Assembly (NCBI GenBank): GCA_050084985.1
Contig: JBITNC010000001.1
Location: 28,706,001 to 28,770,000 of the forward strand
Length of the DNA: 64,000 nt
Direction: 5' to 3'
DNA from: Nageia nagi
Lineage: Eukaryota; Plantae; Pinophyta
Both the position numbers and the translations under genes were made by a program. Positions 1 through 13,391 of this stretch are shown piece after piece (within the stretch, counting starts at the first letter, position 1; each line of letters begins with the position of its first letter). The notes below the pieces were generated by a model. The model saw only the letters and a list, made by a program, of their open reading frames with translations. It searched no databases and was not told where the DNA came from.

Positions 1-3000
1 ATAAAAGATCATGGAGGTTGCCAACTCATTCTTTATGTTGTAAGCCTCTAGTACCTTCTCATTTGTAGAAGGTACAAGGTTCTCATTCACTATTTACCAA
101 AGCTTCTTTGCTTGCAATTTAGCTCTCATTTTAAGTTCTCAAATACCAAAGTTGGAACCATCAAGAATATGTTTGGGTAAAAAGGATTCTTCCATTTGCT
201 ACATAAGAATGTGAAAAATAATAAACATATGGTTTAATAAATAATATTATATGTTTAAGTTTTAAACAAGTAAGTAATACATGATTCATTTAATTAAGTA
301 AACATGCTTAATTAGATTCACTAATATAAATGTTTTACAACTCAAATAATAATCTATGTACCCAAATACATTTCTCATCTCAAGAACTATAGATGTAGAG
401 TGACATTGTTGAGGTTTATTTTCTTATCTAAAATTAAGCCTTCACTTGGATGCCCACACAAAAGGACCCCAAGTACTACCAATTCTCAACCAATTTGCCT
501 TAGTTTTATACTTTCTCATAAGGAGAAGTACCTACTATTTTCTAAGGTTATGATGTTATTGGATAGGCTATATTATTAATCTTGATTAGGTTTTAAATTG
601 TCCTCCTAGTTTATCAAGATAATCCTTGAATGGACATGTGGACATGTAGTATCACTACACACATGCCTATACACCTATTGGAGATATGTCCAAACCAACA
701 GAGGACTTAAAGGCAATTGAGAAGTACAAACTTTTCACCATTTGGATCATCATACTTAAAGGCTCCAGTTCACTTGTCCTCACCTCATGGCTCCCCAAAT
801 AAGTCATGTTGTGGAATGTACATATGGATGTGTTCATTTTTAAGGGGTAGTTTATTTAATGTTTGCATTTTTGTTTGCATAAGCAAATAAATCAAAAATG
901 TGAAACATAAAGTAAAAAAAAGAGCATAAGTAAAAAATATCATCCATTCAAAATTTGAAACCTAAATGTCCAATGGCTTTTGTTTACCAACCCCTAAATA
1001 ATATCTTTACATCATTCCTAATTTTGCATAAGTCCATTTTGCATAAGCAAATAATTGCATTATAACTTAAAAAAAATTAATAATAAGCATGCATCATTGA
1101 CTTAAAAAATTAAGTACTAAGCATAAGTACTAATCTTAAGCATGCATTTAAAAAATTAAGTACTAAGCATAAGTAAAAAACATGTATTATTTCATTAATC
1201 TAAAAAAAATGACTCATATGCATGCATCATAAGCATAAGAGATTATAAGTATAAAGGATCTATACCTTTTAAGTAAGGAATTCAATATTTCCCCTCCTTT
1301 TACTTATAAAATCTTATCATTTTGTACTATTTCCTATAGTTGCAATAAATACTTAGAAAATATTAATGCCAAAAAAAATTATGCTTAAATAATTTAATTT
1401 TAAGCTTTAAAAATTGTCTACTACAAAGAATTAACTTTCTTCATTTAAGTAAGAAATTAATAGGCCATTATACCTCTTACTAATACTTAAGAGAAAAAGT
1501 CAAATATAATCAGTGCAATTTTATCCAAGCACTCTAAGTAATCCTTAAAGAAAACTCTAAGTCAGATTTTAGGCATAATGGAGTGTTTAGAGAGAAATAA
1601 TAAATGCTTTTAGGTAGAAATGATGGCTATCCCTCCTTTACAAAGAGTAGTAAACATTGCTTTTGCACGAGCATTTTTAAAAAATAAATGCAAATAATAA
1701 TCAAAAATTAAATGCACAACAAAAAAAGAGTATATGTTGGCTTCTAGGTGTGAGTGGCTTACAAGTAATCACAAAATATTAAATTCTCACCAACTAAAGG
1801 AAAAAAAAATGAGCATGAGGCTAAAAATTTTGAGACTAGATTAAGCAATAAAAAAGTAAAGATAGTGGGTGGTTGGGCATAAAAAAGGAGGAGACACAGG
1901 GTTCAATAGAGGAGACCCCAAAAATTTTTAGAGAGGAGTTTATTTGGAGGAGAATGATGGCCACATGAGCAAGGAGGAGGAGAATGACTTGAATAGGGAG
2001 TAAATTTCTTAGAGAATGATGGCCATGCGAGCATGAAGGAGGAGGATGATGCAAGCATGGAGCAAATTTCTTGGAGAATGATGGCCACGTGAGGGGTTTT
2101 GAAGGATAACCATAGCAGAGAAGGTCAAGCATAGTAGGTCAAGATAACAAAGACTAGGCTACCAATCATGAGGGACAAGCAGGCTACCAACATGGAGGGC
2201 GAGCAGATACCAAGTCACTAATAAAGTGTGAGATAGTAAAGACTAGCCAACAATCATGGGAACAAGTAGGCTACCAACATGGAGGGCAAGCAGAGATTAG
2301 GTCACCAAAAAAATTAATTTTAACTATAAAATTTACCCCTCCTTTTGAAATAAAAAATTCCTTCTTTTTACTATGTAGCCATTCATTTGAATAAGATAAA
2401 CAAATTGCTTCCTTATGAAATAAATTGTAACATAAATACTCAAATAACATTATTATATATATATATATATTCAAATTATATTTTTCTTCACAAAGATAGT
2501 AAAAAATATTTTTTTAAGATATTATTTCTTAAAAAATATCTATATATATACATAAATTTGTATTCACACCCTTTTTGAAAAATAATTCAATCCAAATATA
2601 TGCAAAATTAAAGCAATGTAACAAGCAATTTTAACTTGTAACTAATAGTAGGAAGTATTAGTATAGGTAAACATAATTTTTTCACAATATATTGCTCTCT
2701 TTAAAAAAAATTACCATATATATAAGAAATAACTAACATAATACAAAATATGTTAGTAACATTAGTGAAATATGCCAAAAGATTAAAAAAAAAAGGAGAA
2801 TATATGTGGGAGGTTATACCTTATCTTGAATTTTACCTCAACAATGTAAATGAAGAGATGAACAACAAGAAGAGGAGCTTCCACACCAAGGATGTGAAGA
2901 GAAGCTTCCAAAGTGGCTATAATACCAAATGAGAGAATTGAACTATAACATGAACAACTCTAAACCCTTAAGATCACATGAAAGCTCACAATACACATCT

Positions 3001-3415
3001 AGCAAACTCACATAGATAACATAAGATGTAAGTGGTTCCTCCATCTAAGAGTACATCTACTAACTAGATCTTTACTTCAATCACAAATACAACTCTCTTA
3101 CAATCCTTCTAATCTCAACTTCTATCTCTATCCTATAGCATAAATTTACTTCACAATTGGTATGTAATCACAAAGAAGGAGCCTTCTATTTATAGGTAAA
3201 AATCCCTCTTTGGATCACCCTTTTATCCAATGTACAAAAGCATGACATGCACATCCTTTTACCTAATCAGCATGCTCATGACATGGAGTGAAGACAAGTT
3301 ACATTATCATATTCATTTAAATACTTAAGGTATCAAATGATACCCTTAAGTATTAGTAAACTTACATAAAATATTATTATAAAAACTTTACAATAATGCA
3401 TTATATATTTCAAAG
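1..3415 (-). mobile_element. Ty1/Copia LTR retrotransposon, copy 1 (5' LTR, ~2.7-kb leader, start of gag; continues off left edge)
   Basis: Reverse-complement match to 9870-13600. 5' LTR ~2930-3415. Degenerate Met PBS TGGTATTATAGC at 2928-2917. gag ATG at 195 reads MEESFLPKHILDGSNFGI*ELKMRAKLQAKKLW (Copia gag N-terminus). Inserted next to the Gypsy integrase region. Confidence 0.9.
2930..3415 (-). repeat. 5' LTR of Copia copy 1
   Basis: Reverse complement of the LTRs at 9870-10363 and 18069-18565; ends ...CAATTCTCTCA just before the PBS. Confidence 0.88.
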
Positions 3416-6400
3416 AGTTTGTAACAATCCTTAATCTTCAAGTATTTATGTTTATATGGTTGAAGGCATAAGAATATCATATTGCTTGCTTGAAATTCTT
3501 GTTCCACTTGATTTTGATCAGCTTTTTGCTTTATGCGATGTTGAGTAGTCTACAAATTCTCCTAAAGAAGATGATCAATATTTATTCAAGTATGTAAATC
3601 AGTATCAACTACTTGGATCTTTGTACTACCTAGGATATATGTTACCACTATGGGTGGTGCCTCACCATACAATGCTTCATATGATGTCATTTGAATAGTT
3701 GTATGGTATGAAGTGTTATACCATCATTTTACCAAAGGAAGCCATTTTACCCAATGAATTGGTTGGGCTAATGCAAAATAACATAAATAGGTTTCCAAGC
3801 ACTTGTTAATAATTTCAAATTTTCCATCAATATGGGGGTGATAAGTTGAACTCATTTTGAGTTGAGTTCCTTGCAGCTTGAAAAAATCTTTCCAAAATTT
3901 GCTAGTGAATGTAGGGTCTTGATAACTAACTATGGTAGAGGGCATACCATGAAGCTTGAAAATATTATCAACAAAAAGCTCAACCACATTGATGGATTTA
4001 AATGAATGTGGTTCAAATTATAAGTGTGCATACTTAGATAACCAATCAACTATCACTAGAATAATGAATTTACATTGAGACTTGAGAAGACCTTCAATGA
4101 AGACCATCAAAATATCAGTCCAAGTGTGGATTGGGATAGGTAGGGGCTAAAGTAAACCAAGAGTACCAACTATTTCACCTTTTTTCCACTAAAAAACATC
4201 ACATTTGGTAATAAATTTCTTGATATCCTATTTCATTTTATCCCAATAAAAATATCAAGCCACTCTTTTATAGGTTTTGAGAAACCTCGAGTATCTGGCT
4301 GATGGTGTAGCATGCAATTCCTAAAGTATTGCTTCTTGACAAGAAGAAGTATATGGCAATGCAATGCAACCTTTCAAGCCTAAAATTCCATCTTGCTAAG
4401 AAAAATTTGGTTTCTTAGCAAAATTGGTTTGAAGTTGTCAAATTAATACCTGAATTATGTCATCTTAAATACATTCATGTTTTAGTTGTTGTAACCACTA
4501 GGCAACCGGTAGTGAAATTATTTTAAGTGTTGCAGGTTCCTCAAATTTATAGCAAAAAGTATCCACAACCACATTCTCTAAGCCCTTTTTATAAATTATT
4601 TCATATTCAAACCCTAATAGTTTGGTTACCTACTTTTGTTGTTCAGTTGTCATAATTCGTTGTTCCAAAAAGTACTTCAAACTATGGTGATTTGTATGTA
4701 TAATGAAATATCAACCAATGAGGTAGGGTCACCATTTTTGAACCACATGAATTATTAATAACATCTTTTTTTATAGGTAGATCTAGCCAAATTTAGGCTT
4801 GATAATGTCTTGCTAGTAAAAGGCAAGGGTTTTCCCTCTTGCATCAAAATTGCATCCAATCCTACTCCAAAGGTATCACTCTTAATGATATATATTTTAG
4901 AAAAATCTAGCATGGCTAAAACAAGAGTGGAACACATTGCCTCTTTTATTTGTAGAAATATTATTTAGTAGTTGGTGACTAATTAAATGTATCTCTTTTG
5001 AGTAATGATCTGAGCAAAGTCATGATCTTGCCATAATTCTTTATAATTTTCTAGTAGTAACCTGTTAGGCCTATAAATCCTCATAGTTCCTTGAGTGATT
5101 TTGGAATAGGCCAATCCTACATGTACACAATTTTATTTGGATCTATCTTGACTTCATCTTCATAAATGATATGCCCTAAGAATTCAATATCATGCAAACC
5201 AAAGGAACACCTGCATTTTTTTTGCATATAATTGATGCTCTTGAAGTAAATGCAAGGTTTTATCTAAGTGTGCCAAATGATCATCCCATATCTTATTGTA
5301 GATCAAAATATCATCAAAGAAAAATAAAATAAATTTGTAAATATGAGGGTGAAATACCAATTCATCAACCTTTGGAATGTTGAAGAAGCATTAGTAAGGC
5401 TAAATGGAATTACTAAAAATTCATAATGATCCTCATGTATCCAAAAAGTTATTTTTGGAATATCTTCTTCATAGAGTCAAATTTGATGATATCATGATCA
5501 TATATCTAGTTTTGAGAAATATTTGGCTCCATGTAGCTCATCTAGCAATCCATCAATGATGGTAATAAGGAATTTATCTTTCACAATTACTTTGTTAAGA
5601 TCCCAAAAGTCTATGCATAATCACCAAGATCCATCCTTTTTTGGACTAATATGATAAGTGAAGAGTAAGGAATAACACTTAGCCTCATAATCATTGCTTT
5701 CAGCATTTCTTATACCAACTTTTCAATTTCATCTTTTTTCAAATAAGGATAGTAGTAGGGTCGAATATTGGGTGGCTTATGTCCAAGGATTAGTTGTATA
5801 GTATGTTCTTGATGATGGTTGGGAGGTAACACTTTTGGTTCTTAAAAAACCTTCTCATGACATGCTAATAGTTTGTGTAGCTCTGCCACTTCCCCTCCTT
5901 CCAATGCAACTAGTTGTATTTTGAATAATTATCCTACCATCCCATTTGTCCCTTTCAAATTAGCTTATCCATCCGATGAGAACTTATAATTTGTAATGGA
6001 ATAGCATGTAGTCCAATGAGGTGATATGTATATCCTGTAATAGTCAATTTCATCTATAATTCAAGTAAGTTACATAGTATAGGTCCCATATTTTGCAAAC
6101 ATTAAACTCCTAAGACCACATCACACCCTCCCACTAGAAGTACATGCATGTCACTTTTCATGTGATAATCACTAATGTTGAGTTTAACATTGTAGCATTT
6201 CCCCTTATAATAAATTCTACCTCCATTTCCAATCATTACTTCAAAATTATCTTGAGGATACATAAAATAATTAGCCTATTTGGGCACACCAAGGTTTATA
6301 AAATTATGTGTACTTCCTCAATCAAGTAAACTAGTGAGGGATTGCTTTTTGAAATATCCATAAACCTTCATTGTTTGGGGTATTGTAATTCTTTCAAGGG

Positions 6401-7303
6401 AATTGCAATGAATCATAAGAACTTATTATTCAGTTATTTAAGGCTCATTAGCTTCTTCCTTGATAGTAGTCTCATCCTCCAAATCATCAAAAATATTAGC
6501 ATTAAGGAAATACAATCTTTGTGTAGTCTATAGATGGCCAGGTGCATACTTTTCATCACAATTATAGAAAAGACTCTTCACTCTTTGCTCATTAATTTCC
6601 TCCTAATTGAATCACTTAATTTGAAATGAATAGGTAGGTTTGGGAGTAGCTTTATAACCTTAAGTTTTGTTGAATGGTTGCTTCCCTTATCTGCGTTGGG
6701 CATTGAATTTGTCTTATACCAATTTGGACAACCCAATAGCTTGTATCATAGTGGTAGGATTAAACATTTTGACTTCTACTATGATATCTTACTTCATCCC
6801 ACTAATGAAGTAACTCTTGAAAAAGGATTCACCTAATCCTTTTGTGTGATTTGCAAGCTTTTCAAATTGTGTCTGATATTTCTTCACCATTGATGTTTGT
6901 TAAAGTGTTATAAGGGATCCTATGAAATCCTTAAAATTAATTGGGCCAAACCTCACCAATAATTTTTTTGTAAAATGCCCCCAATAAGGAGTCCCATTCA
7001 TTTTTTCAAACCATTGATACCATTGAATGTCCTCATGCTTCAAATGGAAAGAAGTGATATTGACCTTGTAAACCTTAGGAATTTTATTCAATGTAAAATA
7101 TTATTCTGCTCTATAAATCTAGCTCATTGGATCCTCTCCATCAAATCTAGGGAAATCCATCTTAGTTTTCCATGAAAGGATGAAGCCTTGGGGGCCTCCC
7201 ATATGCATTTGTTGTACCTACATTTGAGTATTATGTCTTGAATATTGTTGAAAACTTGTACTTGTATAGTTTGGGATGAGGTTGGTTATTGCATAGCTAT
7301 TTG
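3416..7303 (-). mobile_element. Degenerate Ty3/Gypsy (chromovirus-type) gag-pol remnant
   Basis: Minus-strand domain order gag (6700-7170), protease (D*GSTHNF ~6300-6330), RT (FFDDILIY ~5300-5325), RNase H (ORF 4755-4937), integrase (ORF 3724-3987: KLHGMPSTIVS..DPTFTSKFW..SSTYHP..DG). Many stops and frameshifts. Both ends are cut by other insertions. Confidence 0.9.
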
Positions 7304-7997
7304 TGTAGACCCAAAATAATGCAATTAATTATTTATGGGGTTAATTAATACACTATTGGTCTACTTGTTTCTTATTGACACATGTATGTCAAATATGATA
7401 ATTAAAAATAACATAAAAAGAATTATGTTTAATTAGATCACATATTCATTCCATTAAGAGAAACATACATGAAAGACAAACATACATTCATTCAATTGCA
7501 TGTCGTTGGCATCCCATATTAGGTACATCATTAATAGCTTAAGATAAGCAATATAATAGATGCAATAAATAATGTAGCAACAAATTATTGAAATAGTAAT
7601 CATATAATAAATAAAAGATAAGAAATGATGTTCACTTGTTATAGATATGATATTTGCAAAGGTTTTCCTTATGTCTTGTTCTTTGTTCTCTCCTTATCTA
7701 TCTTTGGCCTTATCATGGCTTTTGCAATATCTTGTAGCCTTGTTTATGATCTTCTATTAGATTTTCAATTGATAGAGTCTCCTCCTCTAAGGATCTTTGA
7801 TTTCCTCTTGAGTTCTCTTTGATGCCTTTATATAGCAACACTTCTATTATAAGATTTGACCCCTAAGTCATCATATGTAGTCCATTACATAAAGTACATA
7901 GCTTTTTGGGTATTTTTAACCCATTTTTACATAATACATCATTCAGGATCTAAAATGGATGATTTAAATAATAATAATTCATTTTTAGTATTATACA
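7304..7997 (-). repeat. 3' LTR of the Ogre/Tat-type element (~694 bp)
   Basis: TG..CA ends, adjacent PPT, direct repeat of 24484-24703 plus 27510-27880. Confidence 0.85.
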
Positions 7998-8564
7998 TTT
8001 TCCCCTCTTTGTAGGTGTGATTGAAGCAATGAAATTGCATGTCTTAAGAAGAAGTGTAGAAGAAATATTTTTGAAAACTTTGAACTCTTTGTTGTATTGT
8101 CACTTATTTTTGATGATGATGATGATGATGATGAGGGCCTCTTGCTACCCCCTTTTGACTTGGATGCCCCAAGAAATATTCTTGAATGGTGTCAACCAAG
8201 GAAAAATTTGATGAAGAATCTCTCTCCAGGAATGATGTTGTGTGAGTATTGGAAATGACTATTCAATTAGGTAACTATATGGTCCCATATCCAATTTTGG
8301 ATATGGAAGATGTATTTTTGCCCCTTGCATTACTTCAACCATGAATCTAGTCATTCCATAATTTTTGATACTTAGGAACTATTTGCACTTATATCCATGC
8401 TTTGAAATAGAGAGGATCTACTTTGAATGAAATTAAATGGTGATGATATGGACATCATTGATAGTGTATGGAATAGTATGCATGTTACTGATGGGGTGGA
8501 AATTTGTATATTTTCTTCTACTCTTTGAGATGTAGAAAAATACAATGAAATTTCAATCATAAAA

Positions 8565-9262
8565 TAATGTGGATGCATAGTGAGTTGCATTATCCATTGA
8601 TGATGAATCAATGTCAGCAATCTCACTAGCCATGTTCTTGGCCATTGACGATCATTTATTTTATGTCTATGATCTAAAGACATTATACTTTGGATTGGTT
8701 CAAAGAAAAATCATGTGGATACATAGCAAGTTGCATCATCTATTAGAGGTGATCCAATGTCAACATCTTGCTCACGATTGCATCATTGGTTTACTTTTAA
8801 GTGAGTGAACTCTCACTAGCCATGTCATTGGCCATCGATGATCATATGTTTTATGTCTATGATCTGAAGACATTATGCTTTGGATTGGTTCAAATAAAAA
8901 ACCATGTGGATACATATTAAGTTGCATCATCCATTGGAGATGATATAATGTCAACATCTTACTCATGGCTACATCTCTAGTTTACTTTTAAGTGAGTGAA
9001 CTCTCACTAGTCGTGTCATTGGCCATCGATGATCATAGATTTTATGTCTATGATATGAAAAATTATGCTTTGGATTGGTTCAAATTAAAATCATGTGGAT
9101 AAATAGCAAGTTGTATCATACCTTGGGGATGATCCAATGTCAATATCTTTCTCATGGCTACATCCCTAGTTTACTTTTAAGTAAGTGAACTCTCATTAGC
9201 TATGTCGTTAGCCATCAACGATCATACATTTTATGTCAATGATCTGAATACATTATGCTTTG
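8565..9262. repeat. ~190-bp tandem array, ~3.7 copies
   Basis: Anchor TCTCA(C/T)TAG recurs at 8621, 8811, 9002 and 9191 with conserved flanks (..TTTATGTCTATGATCT..TTTGGATTGGTTCAAA..). Confidence 0.92.
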
Positions 9263-12049
9263 GGGAAAGGATGAAATAAATATAATATGGACATGATTTT
9301 TTTGAGTGACCTATACTAGTGATGCCCTTAGTTTCAACCATTTAATAGTCCTGAAATATAACTTGCACAAATTTTTAAAGAAGATCCATGCTGCTGATAG
9401 CATGAATTATACCAAATTTGCTAATCCTTTCTTTAGCAAAAATTATCATTGTACTAAAAATATATCATTTTTAAAAAGAGACTAGAAAATAACATAAAAA
9501 TATAATGAAATATTAATGTGCCTGAATTTGATAGATTTGTAGCATTCTTAGGCCACTCACAGAGTAGATTAGCTCATTCTTTGTGAGGGATTTTAGACAT
9601 CTTATATAAATCATGCCTTTGTATCCTTGCAATGTCTACTACAACAAAATATGTTTAAAGATTACTAGAATATTAATAATTTTTTTTTTTGTGGAACATG
9701 CCCCAAGTAGCAATATTAGAGCATGTTTGGAATCCTTGTTTCCAATATTCATATAATATCCCTATAACAACTGCATAGAATTGTTAGATAGACATAATGT
9801 AAGGAATTATTTGAAACTTCATATGATTTTTCTTTTTCCACATCATTTGTGGCATGCAAAAGAAGGAACTGTTGGAATGTATAATGCATAATTGTAAAGC
9901 TTTGTATTAATCCTCTTTGTAAATTCACTAATACTTAAGGGTATCATTTGATACCCTAAGTATTTAAGTGAATATGATAATGTAACTTGTCCTACACTCC
10001 ATGTCATGAGCATGCCCCTTGGGTAAAAGGATGTGCATGTCATACTTTTGTACATTTGATAAAAGGGTGATCCAAAGAGGGATTTTGGCCTGTAAATAGA
10101 AGGCTCCATCTTTGTGATCACACATCAATTGGGGAGTAAATTTATGCTATAGGATAGTGTTTAGGAGAAAAGTTTAAGAGGATTATAAGAGTTCACATTT
10201 GTTAAGAAGAAATATCTAGTTAGTGGATGTACTCCTAGTTGTAGGAACTACTTACATCTTGTGTTACATTGTGAGATTGCTTTGTGAGTTTGTTAGATGT
10301 GAATTGTGAGCTTTTATGTGATCTTAGAAGTTTAAGATTGTTCATGTTATAGTTCAATTCTCATGTATGGTATCAAGGCGTAGTGTGAAAGCTCTTCTTC
10401 TTGGTGAGGAAGCTCCTCTTCTTGGTGCTCTTCATTCCTCATCCTACTCTTTCTTGTTGAGGTAAAAGTATTGTGAAGGTATAAACATCCTTATTTTTTT
10501 GGATTATTGCATTATGCTACTAGCATATTATTTGTTATGTTAGTTTTTTTTAAGCAAAATATGGTTAGTAAATTTTTTATATATACTAACCTCCTATGAT
10601 TACTTGCAATTTTTTTTCTTCAAAATTGCTATTTAAAAAACAAAAAAGGGATTAGTATACAAATTTGTGTAATATCAATACTAACATACTTTGTGCTATG
10701 TGTTAGTTCTTTTTTGTTCTTAGAACTAGCAATATGATGCAATGCATTTGTTTATACTATTTTTTTTACTTGCAATTTTCTTAAAAAAAAACAAAATTGC
10801 TCTCTATGTTGCTATAATATTTTATATTAAAAGGTTAATTTTTTATTAAAAAAAAGGATAAATGATTAGTATTCACACTAAAAATTATCATTAGAATACA
10901 TAAAAATTGTCATTACAATACTTAATATTTTTTTTTTCTTTTAATTATGAGGGGTAGCTTCAATTCAATAGTCTAGCCTCTAAATATTCCATGATGTACC
11001 AACTAACATGTTTAATGCATTTAAAATATATATTCATGTTGAGGATATGTAGGGTTCAAAGATGTAAGTGCATGCTCATTTGCCTCTAAATTTTGTTTTT
11101 TGAACAAAATCCTATGCATTATTGAACTTGATAGCACCAATCAGATCCTAAGTAGGCACATCCATGTCAAAAAAAAAGGGATACCCAATAGTTGTTATAC
11201 CAAGGAGACCTAACAACCTCATCCACATGATGTGTGCCTCTCTTTGTCCCCCCAACCCCATTCTCTACCTAGTGAAGGTAGTCTCCCTACCGCAATCCTC
11301 ACTAGAGAGGAATTTTAAACTCACAAGAACCCAAACAATCCCACCTTCACTCATCGTATCCCACTTTCCTCCCCCTCGCACTCTAAGCACTATAATAATG
11401 ACATCCACATCACTCTTCATCCCTCAAACTTCACTTCTCCCATGCAACCCCCTTCTCCTCCCACTTTGCATCCTCTTCTTGATGTCACCCTCCTTCTTAC
11501 CTTAGAATAAAGTTGGAAGTTTCTTTTTCTTTTCTTTGTGCATTTAATTTTTTGTTGACTACTTGAATATTCTTAAATGCACATGTAAAGCAACATTTAC
11601 TCCTTCTTTGTAAGGAAAGGGTGGCCATTCTTTTTTACCTAAAAATATTTTTTTTTTTTTACTTTGAGTGCTTAAAGTAAAAGTAGCATTAACTATGCAT
11701 GGGTGTCCTTCTTTTCATTTAATACTTGCAAGCTCTCTAGAAGCCAACATATCCTTTTTCTTTGTTAGGCATTTATTTTTTCTTTGTTTGCAAGCCATCT
11801 CCTTTATACATTATGCATCATTACTCTTTAATGCTATTCTTTTTTTTTAGAAAAATGTAGCACATGGAGGATATTTTGGAGTATAATTTTGTTTTAGACA
11901 AAACTTTTTTAGTCAAAAATTTGCTAAGGTAATCTAAGTATGCCATATTTAAAAGATAAATATTTAAGTTGAAGAAGGGGGATTTTATTCTTACTTAAAA
12001 TTTATCTATGCCTACTAATTGTTTTTAGCATACAAGTTTTAAGGATAAA

Positions 12050-12480
12050 ACCTTAAGTAAAAAAGGGAAAATTTGTATGAATGTTTTTTACTTAAAGTTT
12101 AAAACATGATGCTTACTTAATTTTTTAAGTTAATGATTAGGGCTTAAAATTTTAAGTAAATGCTTATTACTTAAAATTTAAATGCATAGTACTTATTTGT
12201 TAAGTATTTTAATTTATTTTTAAGTTAAAAGATATATTTTTGTACTTAAAATTTTTAAGTTAAAAAAAAAGTGCATTTTTAGATGCATACTTTTAAGTTA
12301 AAATAATGCATGCTTTACTTTAATTTTATAAAATGTATGCTTAGGACTTATTTTTAAGTTAATATTGCATGCCTAAGACTCAATTTTTTAAGTTAATGAT
12401 TCATGCTTAGGACTTAAATTTTTTAAGATGCTTACTTATGACTTAAGTTCTTTAAGTTAAAAAGATGCATGTTGAGTATT
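12050..12480. repeat. Degenerate AT-rich short tandem repeats in the Copia leader (mirrored at ~1040-1260)
   Basis: Recurrent TTTTTAAGTTAA / GCATGC / GACTTAA units about 40 bp apart. Confidence 0.7.
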
Positions 12481-13391
12481 TATCCCTTATGCAAAGTTAA
12501 CTTGTGCAAATTTTATAATTAATGAATGATTATGCTTAAGCATTTATCATTTTTCAAGGTTAACTTGTGCAAATTATGGACCTATGTAAAGATGTCCTTT
12601 AGGGGTTAGTAAATTAAACCCACTAGACTCCTAAGTTTCAAATTGCAAATGGATGATGTTTTATTTATGCGCTTTACTACATGTTTCACACTTTTGCTTT
12701 ATTTTCTTATGCAAACAAAAATGCAAATATTGAAATGAGCACCCCCTTAAAATGAACACATCTGCATGTACATTCCACAATATGACTTGTTTGGGGAGCC
12801 ATGAGGTGAGGATATATGGATTGGAGCCTTTAATTCCAACGATCCAAATGGTGAAAATTTTATACTTCTCAATTGCCCCTAAGCTTTTGTTGGTTTGGAC
12901 ATAACTCCAATAGGTGGATAGGCATGTGTGTAGTGATACCATATGTCTGCACGTTCATTCAAGGATTATCCTGATAACCTAGAAGAACAACTTGAAACCT
13001 AATCAATATTAATAATTTGGCCAATACAATAAATGTCATAACCTTGGAAAATAGTAGGTACTTCTCCTTATGAGAGTATAAAATTGACCAAGGCAAACTA
13101 ATTGAGAATTGGTAGTACTTAGGCTCCTCTTGTGTGGGCATCCAAGTGAAGGCCTAATTTATACAAAAAAAAAGCCTCAACAATTTCACTCTACATCTAC
13201 GTTTCTTGAGATGAGAAATGTATTTGGGTACATGGGTTATTATTTAGGTTGTAAAATATTTGCACTAGTGAATCAAATCAAGCATGTCTTAGTTAAATAA
13301 ATATAACATGTATTACTTACTTGGTTAAAACTTAACATATTTTGTTATCTTTTAAACCACATGCTTATTATTTCATATTCTTATGTAGCAA

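Noticed and set aside
7304-7931. Solo LTR ending at TTTTACA (7931)
   Set aside because: No TSD. A PPT abuts 7997 and a partner LTR with PBS exists at 24484, so it is the 3' LTR of a larger element.
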